Part shown: one piece after another, positions 41,559-50,451 of the stretch | Layout of the letters: each line of letters begins with the position of its first letter | Position numbering within the stretch: the first letter of the stretch is position 1 | Source: Longimicrobiales bacterium | GTDB taxonomy: Bacteria; Gemmatimonadota; Gemmatimonadetes; Longimicrobiales; Gaopeijiaceae | Direction: 5' to 3' | Length of the DNA: 64,000 nt | NCBI GenBank assembly: GCA_963422615.1 | Contig: OY730414.1 | Span: forward strand, 1,410,302 to 1,474,301 | Position numbers and translations under genes: made by a program | The notes under the pieces: model-generated | What the model was told of the DNA's origin: nothing | Databases searched by the model: none | Seen by the model: only the letters and a program-made list of their open reading frames with translations

Positions 41559-42752
41559 ATGGCAAACCGGGTAGTTACTGTCTTGTTTCTGGTGGCGCTC
41601 GCCGGATGCGGCGACGACCCGCCCGGAGATCCGACCGAGCCGATAGCCGTTGATGTCCAAGCCAGACCGGACGTCATCATGCGGGTGGCCGAAGAACCGA
41701 TCCTCTCCATTGGCCTAACGCAAGGGCCGGACGAGTACCTGTTCGACGACATACAGGGTGCCGTGCGCTTGGGAGACGGCAGTGTTGTCGTGGCGGTCCG
41801 TGGTATGCACGAGATCCGCCGGTTCGGTCCCGACGGCCAACACCAATGGACCCAGGGACGGGAAGGAGAGGGGCCAGGCGAGTATCGGGGTGTTCGGTTG
41901 CTCCCCGGCTGTACGAACGACGATTTGGTCTTTGCCTACGACTTCCGGAACGATCGGGTTACGGTGCTGAACGGCCAAGGAAAGCTGATCCGTGACAACT
42001 TGATCATGTGGAAACAAAGACCTATATTGCAGATTCGGTGTTCGCCTGGCGGACGATTGGTTGTATCCGATTGGAGGGATCCTCATCCTCCCGACCCTGG
42101 GCCCTACCGCTGGAAGAACTCCCTGGGCTTCACCGATGGGCGCGACTCCGAGATCGAAGTGCTTCGGGAGGGAATCCCCGGTGAAGACCGGGTGGCGTAC
42201 ATGCAAGCGGGTGCACCGCCGATAAGCGGCCCGCGTACTTGGGGACACGAGGTTGAATTTTCCGCCACCGACGCTGGGGTATGGATGGGAACGGGCGACG
42301 GTTACGAGATCGAGTTCATCGACTGGAAGGGGATCACGACCCGGCGAATCCAATGGCAAGGAAGGGATCTAGCCGTCACACCGGATCACATTGCCGCGTA
42401 CCGGGACGCGAGGCGGAAGCAGTTTGACAATCCTTCCGATCCGAATTGGCGGCCTCGGTTCGAAGGATGGTGGGCCGTAGAGCGTGAGACTTTGCCTTCC
42501 ATCTTCCCATCGATCTCGCGTATGCTGGCCCAAGACGACGGCGGTGTGTGGATCCAGCACTACAGACGCCCCGGAGACGAGCGACGAGAATGGCTGGTCT
42601 TCGATGCTGACGGGACCTGGATCCGAACCCTCGATCTGCCGGCCAGCCTGCTCGTTGTGGACGGGGGCTCCGACTGGGTGCTTGCACAGACGAGGGATGA
42701 CGTGGGCGTCCAGAGGTTGGTGGTTCACAAGCTTGTCGAAGGAGACGGTTGA
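41559..42752 (+). CDS. 6-bladed beta-propeller lipoprotein
   Basis: lipobox LAGC; GREGEGPGEY motif; W-rich blades; DDVGVQRL C-terminus. Confidence 0.8.
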   Translation: MANRVVTVLFLVALAGCGDDPPGDPTEPIAVDVQARPDVIMRVAEEPILSIGLTQGPDEYLFDDIQGAVRLGDGSVVVAVRGMHEIRRFGPDGQHQWTQGREGEGPGEYRGVRLLPGCTNDDLVFAYDFRNDRVTVLNGQGKLIRDNLIMWKQRPILQIRCSPGGRLVVSDWRDPHPPDPGPYRWKNSLGFTDGRDSEIEVLREGIPGEDRVAYMQAGAPPISGPRTWGHEVEFSATDAGVWMGTGDGYEIEFIDWKGITTRRIQWQGRDLAVTPDHIAAYRDARRKQFDNPSDPNWRPRFEGWWAVERETLPSIFPSISRMLAQDDGGVWIQHYRRPGDERREWLVFDADGTWIRTLDLPASLLVVDGGSDWVLAQTRDDVGVQRLVVHKLVEGDG

Positions 42753-42969
42753 CCCGGAGCGGAGTCAGCTTCAAGCCCTCCCTGTAGACGACCCGGACAA
42801 ACGGCACGATCCCCCCCTCACCAAATCGGCTTGGCTCATCTCTGGGTCGAGCACAAACAGCGAGATCAGAAGCAAGACAACGTCGCAACGTAAAACATGA
42901 GCAGGGTGCGCGGCGCCTGGCTGGGACTGTCCCCCCTCCGCCTCCGAATTTCGGGTTAGCTTTCTTGGC

Positions 42970-44892
42970 ATGAACGCCCGCGCCCTCCGCCTCACCCTCC
43001 CCGACGGCCGCGCCGTCGCTTTGCCCCCCGGGTCCAGTGCCGGAGATTTGGCCGCCCGGATCGGCCCTGGACTGGCCCGCGCGGCCCTGGCTGCGGTCGT
43101 CGACGGCGAGGTCGTGGACTTGGCCCGGCCCCTCCCCGACGGCGCCACCGTCCGCCTTCTCACCGACCGGGATCCCGAATCCCTAGCTGTTCTACGTCAC
43201 TCGGCGGCCCACATCCTGGCCACCGCGGTGCGAGCGCTGGTGCCGGAGGCAGGCATCGGCTTCGGCCCCGCAATTGACGACGGTTTCTACTACGACTTTG
43301 ACGTTCCCCAGTCGTTCAACCCCGAACAGGTAGAGGCCATCCAGAAGAAAATGGCCGAAGTCATTCGGGCCGACCATCCCTTCGAGCGGCTCGTCGTGGA
43401 CAAAGAAGAAGCGCGTGAACTCTTTGCCGACGACCCCCTCAAGCTGGAGCGCCTGGAGGAACTCACCGACGACGAGGTCATCACCGTCTACCGGGACGGT
43501 CCCTTCCTGGACTTGTGCCGGGGGCCCCACGTCCCCAGCACCGGCAGGTTGAAGCACTATGCGCTCCTCAGCGCCGCTGGCGCCTACTGGAGGGGGGACG
43601 AGCGCCGCCGGATGCTCCAGCGCATCTATGGGACGGCCTTCTTCCGGAAGCGTGACCTCCGGAGTCACCTTCACCGCCTGGAAGAGGCGAAAAAGCGGGA
43701 CCACCGGGTGCTCGGAAAGCAGCTGGACCTCTACTCCATCCAGGAGGAGGTCGGATCGGGATTGGTGCTCTGGCATCCCCACGGCGGCCGCCTTCGGCAC
43801 GTCATTGAAGACTTCCTTAAGCAGACACTCGTGGAACACGGCTACGAACTCGTGTTCACACCTCACGTGGCCAACGAGGAGCTGTATCGTCTGTCGGGCC
43901 ATCTGGACGTCTTCACCGAAGACATGTTCCCGTCCATGGACGGTGGAGGGGAACGCTTCCGCCTGAAACCCATGAACTGTCCCCACCACTTCATGATCTA
44001 CCGTTCCGGTGTCCGATCCTACCGGGATCTGCCCCTCCGCTACGCCGAGCTGGGGACCTGCTACCGCTACGAACGTTCTGGGACGCTTCACGGCATGCTC
44101 CGGGTCCGTTCTTTCACCCAGGACGACGCCCACATCTTCATCCGGGAAGACCAGATCGAGGAGGAGTACGCCCGCCTTCTGGATCTGGAGCACCACCTTC
44201 TCGGGATCTTCGGGTATCGGTACCGAACGGCTCTTTCGACCCGCCCCGAAAAGGCCATCGGCGACCCGGCGGTGTACGACGCCGCGGCGGAGCGCTTGGC
44301 GGGGGTGTTGAGGGATCGGGGTCTGGACTTCGAGCTGGACGAGGGAGGTGGCGCATTCTACGGTCCCAAGGTGGACGTTCTTGTCACCGACGCCCTGGGC
44401 CGGGAATGGCAGGGGGGCACCTTCCAACTCGACTTCCTCATGCCGGAGCGATTCGGTCTGGAGTACGTTGGTTCCGACAACCGGCGCCACCGGGCCGTCG
44501 TCATTCACCGCACCCTTCTAGGATCGATGGAGCGGTTCATCGGCGGCTTGGTCGAGCACTACGGCGGAGCCTTCCCTCTCTGGCTGGCTCCCCGTCAGGT
44601 TCGGGTTTTGCCGGTCTCGGAGAAGGCGTTGCCCTCTGCTCGGGAGCTGGCGGACCAGCTGGCGGCCAACGGCCTGCGCGTGGAAGTGGACGATCGGGAC
44701 ACCCTGGGGTACCGGATCCGCAATGCCGAGACCCTCAAGGTGCCCTACATGGGAATCGTCGGGGAGCGGGAGGCGAAGGCGGGGACCGTGGCGGTGCGGA
44801 AGCGGGGGGCGGAGAAGAAGCAGATAACGATGTCTCGGGATACGTTCGTGCAACGACTCCGGGAAGAGGTGGAAAGTCGGTCCCTGACTTGA
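42970..44892 (+). CDS. thrS: threonine--tRNA ligase
   Basis: TGS domain, RHSAAH, DLCRGPH, RDHR, KPMNCPHH, GAFYGPK, HRTLLGSMERF. Confidence 0.98.
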   Translation: MNARALRLTLPDGRAVALPPGSSAGDLAARIGPGLARAALAAVVDGEVVDLARPLPDGATVRLLTDRDPESLAVLRHSAAHILATAVRALVPEAGIGFGPAIDDGFYYDFDVPQSFNPEQVEAIQKKMAEVIRADHPFERLVVDKEEARELFADDPLKLERLEELTDDEVITVYRDGPFLDLCRGPHVPSTGRLKHYALLSAAGAYWRGDERRRMLQRIYGTAFFRKRDLRSHLHRLEEAKKRDHRVLGKQLDLYSIQEEVGSGLVLWHPHGGRLRHVIEDFLKQTLVEHGYELVFTPHVANEELYRLSGHLDVFTEDMFPSMDGGGERFRLKPMNCPHHFMIYRSGVRSYRDLPLRYAELGTCYRYERSGTLHGMLRVRSFTQDDAHIFIREDQIEEEYARLLDLEHHLLGIFGYRYRTALSTRPEKAIGDPAVYDAAAERLAGVLRDRGLDFELDEGGGAFYGPKVDVLVTDALGREWQGGTFQLDFLMPERFGLEYVGSDNRRHRAVVIHRTLLGSMERFIGGLVEHYGGAFPLWLAPRQVRVLPVSEKALPSARELADQLAANGLRVEVDDRDTLGYRIRNAETLKVPYMGIVGEREAKAGTVAVRKRGAEKKQITMSRDTFVQRLREEVESRSLT

Positions 44893-44918
44893 CGCCGCCG
44901 AACCACGATACGTAACTT
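44889..44918 (+). promoter_or_regulatory. candidate promoter for infC operon
   Basis: TTGACG - 18 nt - TAACTT at thrS end. Confidence 0.4.
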
Positions 44919-44982
44919 TGGACCTGTACCCCCGGTTCCCCGTCAGGAGGTATCTCCCGGAGTTGGTTTCGCGGAAAATTGG

Positions 44983-45080
44983 AAAGCAGAGGGTGACCGC
45001 CTCTTGGCTTGGTGGTCGGAGGGCTTCTGGGTTCGCGGGTCGGGTAGCAGGCACGTGCGCCCGTCCGGTGGTCGCGTGGC
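44983..45080 (+). ncRNA. L20-leader-like cis-regulatory RNA (candidate)
   Basis: AAGCAGAGG-GTGACCG-CCTCT hairpin; GTGACCGC can pair with GTGGTCGC at 45068-45075; upstream of infC-rpmI-rplT. Confidence 0.45.
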
Positions 45081-45179
45081 CCGGGTCTACCCGGCTTCTC
45101 AATCGTTGGAGCCCCGATCTCCCAGGTTCCTCTACCGGGAACATCTCGGATAAGTTAGAAAAGTAAGGAGCGTTCCAAG

Positions 45180-45695
45180 ATCGTAGAAAAACGTGTCCGG
45201 GTGAACGAACAGATCCGCATCAGCCCGATTCGTCTGATTGACGATGGCGGCGGCCAGATCGGAATCGTTTCCCTGGACGAGGCTCGCACGCGGGCTGCAA
45301 TGAGAGGGCTGGACCTTGTGGAGGTCGCCCCCGACTCGAGGCCACCCGTGGTTCGCATGATGGACTACGGAAAGTACAAGTACAAGGCGGCCCGCGCCGC
45401 CCGGGAAGCGAGGAAAAAGCAACACACGGTCCAAGTCAAAGAAGTCAAGTTCCGTCCCGGAATTGAATCCCACGACTACGATTTCAAGCTACGCCATGCC
45501 CGTCGCTTCTTGGAGGAGGGGAACAAGGTTAAGCTTACGATGATGTTTCGCGGGCGCCAGGTCACGCACCCGGATCTGGGGCGGAAGGTGCTCTTGCGGG
45601 TCACGAAGGACTTGAGCGGTTACGGAAAGGTTGAACAGTATCCGAACTTTGAAGGCCGCCAGATGTCCATGATGCTGACGCCTCTGAAAAGCTGA
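45180..45695 (+). CDS. infC: translation initiation factor IF-3 (ATC start)
   Basis: VNEQIR, LDLVEV, MDYGKYKY, KEVKFRP; AAGGAG 9 nt before in-frame ATC. Confidence 0.96.
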   Translation: MVEKRVRVNEQIRISPIRLIDDGGGQIGIVSLDEARTRAAMRGLDLVEVAPDSRPPVVRMMDYGKYKYKAARAAREARKKQHTVQVKEVKFRPGIESHDYDFKLRHARRFLEEGNKVKLTMMFRGRQVTHPDLGRKVLLRVTKDLSGYGKVEQYPNFEGRQMSMMLTPLKS

Positions 45696-45774
45696 TCCGG
45701 CAGACCCAGTTTCAAGAAGGTTTCAAGAAGACGGTCCACCCAAACCCAACAAGCCTGATCCGGCCTGAGGACGC

Positions 45775-45972
45775 ATGCCAAAGATGAAAACGAACCGAGG
45801 CGCTGCAAAGCGCTTCCGAAAGACGGGTTCCGGGAAGCTGACGAGGATGCGAGCCTTCAAGTCCCACATCTTGACCAAGAAGAACAGGAAGCGGAAGCGT
45901 CGGCTCCGCAAGTCGACGCTGGCCTCCGGCGCCGATGCCCGCCGGGTACGCCGGATGCTTCCGGGCAATTGA
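45775..45972 (+). CDS. rpmI: 50S ribosomal protein L35
   Basis: [27 protein letters not shown]. Confidence 0.97.
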   Translation: MPKMKTNRGAAKRFRKTGSGKLTRMRAFKSHILTKKNRKRKRRLRKSTLASGADARRVRRMLPGN

Positions 45973-45985
45973 GGAGGAGAGACTC

Positions 45986-46348
45986 ATGCCTCGGTCGACC
46001 CGTTCAGCCGCACGCAGAAAAAAAAAGAAGAAGGTTTTCGGTGTCGCGAAGGGATATTTCGGCGGACGAAAGAACCTGTACCGCACGGCCAAAGACGCCG
46101 TAGAGAAGGGTTGGGAGCACGCGTACCGGGACCGGAAGAAGAAGAAGCGGAACTTCCGCCGACTCTGGATCACCAGGATCAACGCAGCGGCCCGGGAGAA
46201 CGAGCTTTCCTATTCGAAGTTCATGAACGGGCTTCGATTGGCGGAGGTGGAGCTGGATCGCAAGGCTCTGGCCGACTTGGCCGTTCGGAACCCCGATGCC
46301 TTCGCGGCCCTGGCAGACCGGGCGAAGTCGGCGCTGGGGAAGAAGTAG
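45986..46348 (+). CDS. rplT: 50S ribosomal protein L20
   Basis: [40 protein letters not shown]. Confidence 0.97.
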   Translation: MPRSTRSAARRKKKKKVFGVAKGYFGGRKNLYRTAKDAVEKGWEHAYRDRKKKKRNFRRLWITRINAAARENELSYSKFMNGLRLAEVELDRKALADLAVRNPDAFAALADRAKSALGKK

Positions 46349-46403
46349 AGAGCCGAGGCAGGCCGGGTCTCCCTGGGGCCGGATGGGCAGCGTCCCGCCT
46401 ACG

Positions 46404-47429
46404 GTGAGCGGATCCTTGGTTGAAGTGCTCAAGCAGCTGGAAGCGGACGCCCTCGCAGCCATCACGAGGGCGGAGAATCCTGACGAAGCGGAACGGGTCC
46501 GGATCAACTACCTGGGGCGGAAGGAAGGCCGCATCTCCAGGCTTCTGCGGGGCTTGGGCCAGCTGCGTCCGGAAGATCGGCCGGCGGTTGGGGCCGAAGC
46601 CAACCGGGTGAAAGCGGCGGTGGCCCGGGCCCTGGAAGAACGCCTTCGGACGCTGTCTGCCGCCCAACGGCCCGCCTGCGCGGCCCCGCTGGACCTGACC
46701 CTGCCTCCCCGGGACAAGTGGAGGGGAACCGTCCACCCGGTCAGCAAGGTCATCGACGACATCTGGATGATTTTCCGGAGCCTGGGCTTCACCCGCGCCC
46801 GGGGTCCGGAGGTGGATGACGAGTGGTACAACTTTCTGGCCCTCAACACGCCCCTGGACCATCCGGCAGCGGATGAGCAGGATACCCTGTATCTGGGATC
46901 CGGCTTGCTGCTTCGAAGCCACACGTCCCCGGTCCAGATCCGCACCATGGAGCGGTACGATCCCCCCATTCGGATCATCGCGCCTGGGATGGCCTACCGT
47001 CGGGACACCTACGACGCCACCCATACGCCGGCCTTTGCCCAGATCGAAGGCCTGGTCGTGGACGAAGGCGTCACTTTCGTGGACTTCAAGGCCACACTTG
47101 CCGAGTTCGCCCGGCGGTTCTGGGGGGCCGGGACCCAAGTCCGATTTCGTCCCTCCTTCTTCCCCTTCACGGAGCCGTCGGCGGAGGTGGACGTAAAGCG
47201 AGTCATCTTGCGGGAGGACGGGAGGGAGGAGGAGACGGACTGGATCGAGATCATGGGCGCTGGAATGGTTGATCCGGCCGTTCTCGAAAACGTGGGATAC
47301 GATCCCGAGCGATATACGGGTTGGGCCTTCGGCATGGGACCCGCCCGGGTGGCCCTTCTTCGCTACGGAGTCCGGGACCTGAGGCTCTTCTACGAGAACG
47401 ACATGCGGTTTCTGGGTCAGTTCTCGTGA
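46404..47429 (+). CDS. pheS: phenylalanine--tRNA ligase alpha subunit
   Basis: HPA..QDT, LRSHTSPVQ, FRPSFFPFTEPSAE, GWAFGMG; start 46383 or 46404. Confidence 0.97.
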   Translation: MSGSLVEVLKQLEADALAAITRAENPDEAERVRINYLGRKEGRISRLLRGLGQLRPEDRPAVGAEANRVKAAVARALEERLRTLSAAQRPACAAPLDLTLPPRDKWRGTVHPVSKVIDDIWMIFRSLGFTRARGPEVDDEWYNFLALNTPLDHPAADEQDTLYLGSGLLLRSHTSPVQIRTMERYDPPIRIIAPGMAYRRDTYDATHTPAFAQIEGLVVDEGVTFVDFKATLAEFARRFWGAGTQVRFRPSFFPFTEPSAEVDVKRVILREDGREEETDWIEIMGAGMVDPAVLENVGYDPERYTGWAFGMGPARVALLRYGVRDLRLFYENDMRFLGQFS

Positions 47430-49825
47430 ACATTTCCTATCGTTGGGTTCTAGACGTGGCCCCGGGAATCGATCTCAATCCCGAAGAGGCTGCGGAACGC
47501 CTCGCTCTGCGCGGGGCGCCGGTAGAAGAGATGACCGACTTGACGACCGGGCTGGGAGACGTCGTCGTCGGTCGCGTCGTGGACGCGCGCCCGCACCCCA
47601 ACGCGGATCGGCTCACCCTGTGCCGGGTGGCGGGACGGGGAGGGGAGGTATCGGTGGTCTGCGGGGCGCCGAATGTCCGTACCGGGGCGTTCTACCCCTT
47701 TGCACCCGTCGGAGCGGCGCTCCCCGGAGGGTTCAAGATCGGTCGACGCAAGATCCGAGGAGAGATCAGTGAGGGGATGTTGTGTTCCGAGCGGGAATTG
47801 GGGCTGGGCCCCGATCACGAGGGGATCATGCGCTTGGCGGGAGCGCATGAAGCAGGGATGTCCTTCGTGGAAGCCGTCGGGTTGGACGACGTCCGCTTTG
47901 CCGTCGAAGTCACCCCCAACCGGGGCGATCTCCTGTCTCACGTCGGGGTCGCTCGGGAACTCCATCCCCTGGGCCAGGCGGGGATCGCACTTCCGCCGTT
48001 TCCGGGCCAGCCCCGAGAACCGACCCCATCCTTCGCCCGGGGTACCGAAGAAAGCGGGGCGGGTGGGGTCCGCATCCGCATTGAGGAACCGGAGCTTTGC
48101 CCTCGGTACCTGGGCGCGGTGATCCGGGGGCTCACCGTGGGCCCTTCGCCACGCTGGCTCGCGAACCGGCTTCGGGCCGCGGGAGCGCGCTCGGTGAACA
48201 ACGTGGTGGACGCCACCAACTACGTGATGCTCGAGCTGGGGCAGCCCCTTCACGCCTTCGACCTGGAGAAGCTGACCCATGCCTCGGTGGGGATTGGTCG
48301 GGCCCGCCCCGGGGAAGTGCTGACGACCCTGGACGGGGAAGAGCGCTCGCTCTCGCCCGAGATGCTCCTGATCCGGGATGCCGCCGGACCCGTTGCGCTC
48401 GCGGGGGTGATGGGCGGGGAGAACACCGAGGTCTCGTCCGGCACGTCCGCCATTCTGTTGGAATGCGCCCTTTTCGAGCCTCGCAGAATCAGGATTGCCC
48501 GCCGGGCGCTGGACATGTCCACCGAGGCGAGCTACCGCTTCGAGCGAGGGGTCGATCCCGCGTCTCTGGAGACCGCCGTGCTCAGAGCCGTGTCTCTGAT
48601 TCTTTCGGTCGCCGGAGGGGCCTTGGACGGGGCGGTGATCGACGTGTGTCCGACGACTTGGGCGCCTCCGATCGTTCCGCTCCGGCCTTCCCGGGTCGGG
48701 CGTCTCCTGGGCGTGGACTTTACTCCGGACGAGATCACCCGGCTCTTGGCGCCTCTCGGCTACACCGTCGCCCGCCGGGAGAAAGACGCTCTCGAAGTTC
48801 GGATCCCGGGGCACCGAAGCTTCGACACCCTCCGGGAAGTGGACCTGATCGAAGAGGTTGCCCGGACCCACGGGTACGACGCCTTCCCCGAGACCCTGGG
48901 GGCCTACAGGCCCGGCACCGTACCAGACCATCCCCTCTTTCAGCTCGAAGATACCCTGAGGAGGGTGCTGGTCGCCGATGGGATCAGGGAGGCCCAGACC
49001 CCTGGGCTGGGTTCGGCGGAGGATGGGGACATCCCCCTCCTGAATCCCGTCTCGGCTCATGAGAGCCACCTGCGCCGGGATCGGCTTCCCGGGCTGCTCG
49101 CCCACGTGGAGAGGAACATGTCCCGGGGCGTGAGGAACGTGCGGCTCTTCGAACTGGGCACCGGGTTCACTCCTGTCTCGGGATCGGCTCCGGCCGAGTC
49201 GCTTCGGCTGGCCGTCGTGCTTACGGGCCGGCGCGCCCCGGTTCACTGGTCGGCCCCGGCCGATCCCTTTGATGTCTTTGACGCCGCACGGATCCTGGTC
49301 CTTATCACCGAAACGGCTTTCCCTGGTGGGCGGGTTGCGCCGACGGACGTCGGGGGTCACCATTTCGTGCCCGGTCGGTGTTACGCGCTTATGGACAGGG
49401 CCGGCAAGGTCGTGGGCACGGGTGGCGAGGTCGTCCTCGCAAGGCTGGATCTGCCCCCTTGGGCGGGGATAGTCATCGGGGTCGAGGTGGTGCTTCCCGG
49501 CTGTCCGGAGCCGCTCCCAGAGGTGACGGCTCGGGTCCTGCCCCACCAGCCGTCCTCACGGCGCGACGTTGCGTTTCTGGTTCCTTTCGCCACTTCGGTG
49601 GGCGATGTGCTGGCGGCGGCCAAGGCAGGAGGAGGGGCCTTGCTTGAAGATGTGAGCATCTTCGATGTATACGAAGAAGACGGCCTGGCGGGCGCCCGGT
49701 CGGTGGCCTTACGCTTGCGTTTTCGGGCCCGGGACAGGACCCTGAGGACCGAAAATGTCGAGAATGCGTTCAGGCGGGTTTTGAGAAAGGTGAGGGAGGA
49801 AACCGGTGTCGAGCCTAGGGGCTAA
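47426..49825 (+). CDS. pheT: phenylalanine--tRNA ligase beta subunit
   Basis: HPNADRL, VCGAPNV, TPNRGD, GQPLHAFD, RFERGVD, DLIEEVAR; GTGA overlap with pheS. Confidence 0.97.
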   Translation: MNISYRWVLDVAPGIDLNPEEAAERLALRGAPVEEMTDLTTGLGDVVVGRVVDARPHPNADRLTLCRVAGRGGEVSVVCGAPNVRTGAFYPFAPVGAALPGGFKIGRRKIRGEISEGMLCSERELGLGPDHEGIMRLAGAHEAGMSFVEAVGLDDVRFAVEVTPNRGDLLSHVGVARELHPLGQAGIALPPFPGQPREPTPSFARGTEESGAGGVRIRIEEPELCPRYLGAVIRGLTVGPSPRWLANRLRAAGARSVNNVVDATNYVMLELGQPLHAFDLEKLTHASVGIGRARPGEVLTTLDGEERSLSPEMLLIRDAAGPVALAGVMGGENTEVSSGTSAILLECALFEPRRIRIARRALDMSTEASYRFERGVDPASLETAVLRAVSLILSVAGGALDGAVIDVCPTTWAPPIVPLRPSRVGRLLGVDFTPDEITRLLAPLGYTVARREKDALEVRIPGHRSFDTLREVDLIEEVARTHGYDAFPETLGAYRPGTVPDHPLFQLEDTLRRVLVADGIREAQTPGLGSAEDGDIPLLNPVSAHESHLRRDRLPGLLAHVERNMSRGVRNVRLFELGTGFTPVSGSAPAESLRLAVVLTGRRAPVHWSAPADPFDVFDAARILVLITETAFPGGRVAPTDVGGHHFVPGRCYALMDRAGKVVGTGGEVVLARLDLPPWAGIVIGVEVVLPGCPEPLPEVTARVLPHQPSSRRDVAFLVPFATSVGDVLAAAKAGGGALLEDVSIFDVYEEDGLAGARSVALRLRFRARDRTLRTENVENAFRRVLRKVREETGVEPRG

Positions 49826-50120
49826 CGGGCCTCCCGACCCTGGGGGTCCGGAAATGGATCGGTTGGAGTCGGCCGTTGACCGCATCATCGCCGAGGTGTC
49901 TGCGACGCGACAGCGGCTGGAGAAAGCGCGGGAGCGGACCAACCGGAGTGACGAGCTCCTCCGCGATTTTGTGGACGGGACCCTGGATCCGGGCGCGCTG
50001 TCCCGACGCTTGGCCGAACTTGAGGCCGAGAACGAGAACCTTCGCTTGCGAATCCAACAGGGCCGAGAGGGGATTGATCAGATATTGGCCAAGATACGGT
50101 TTCTGGAGCACCGGCGGTGA
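49806..50120 (+). CDS. short coiled-coil protein (ZapB-like)
   Basis: heptad-rich LAELEAENENLRLRI; between pheT and zapA. Confidence 0.65.
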   Translation: MSSLGANGPPDPGGPEMDRLESAVDRIIAEVSATRQRLEKARERTNRSDELLRDFVDGTLDPGALSRRLAELEAENENLRLRIQQGREGIDQILAKIRFLEHRR

Positions 50121-50401
50121 GCGAGGGCGATCCGATGAGCGAGACCCTCACTTCCGTACGGGTGGAGATTGCCGGAGAGGCGTATACGCTTCGAACCGAC
50201 GCGGACAAAGCCCATACGCTGCGCTGCGCTGCGATTGTGGACGAGCGCATGCGGCAGATCGGCGGGGACTCCCCGGTGGAGAAAAAGACGGCCATCATGG
50301 CGGCGTTGTCCCTTTCCAACGACCTCCTTCAACACCAATCCCGAGCTCGGGCCCGAGCCCGGGACTTCGCCCAGCGGCTTGAAGAAGCTCTTGACTCCTG
50401 A
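50117..50401 (+). CDS. zapA: cell division protein ZapA
   Basis: VRVEIAGEAYTLR, VDERMRQI, AIMAALSL. Confidence 0.85.
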   Translation: MSEGDPMSETLTSVRVEIAGEAYTLRTDADKAHTLRCAAIVDERMRQIGGDSPVEKKTAIMAALSLSNDLLQHQSRARARARDFAQRLEEALDS

Positions 50402-50430
50402 CGCCGACCCCGAGCCTGACGCCGACCCCG
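50397..50430. repeat. 16-bp direct repeat spanning zapA stop codon
   Basis: CCTGACGCCGACCCCG at 50397-50412 and 50415-50430. Confidence 0.75.
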
Positions 50431-50451
50431 CCACCAAGTAAGGACAGGACG

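Noticed and set aside
46349..46403. T-box or pheM-type attenuator before pheS
   Set aside because: Spacer too short; no T-box sequence or Phe-rich leader peptide.
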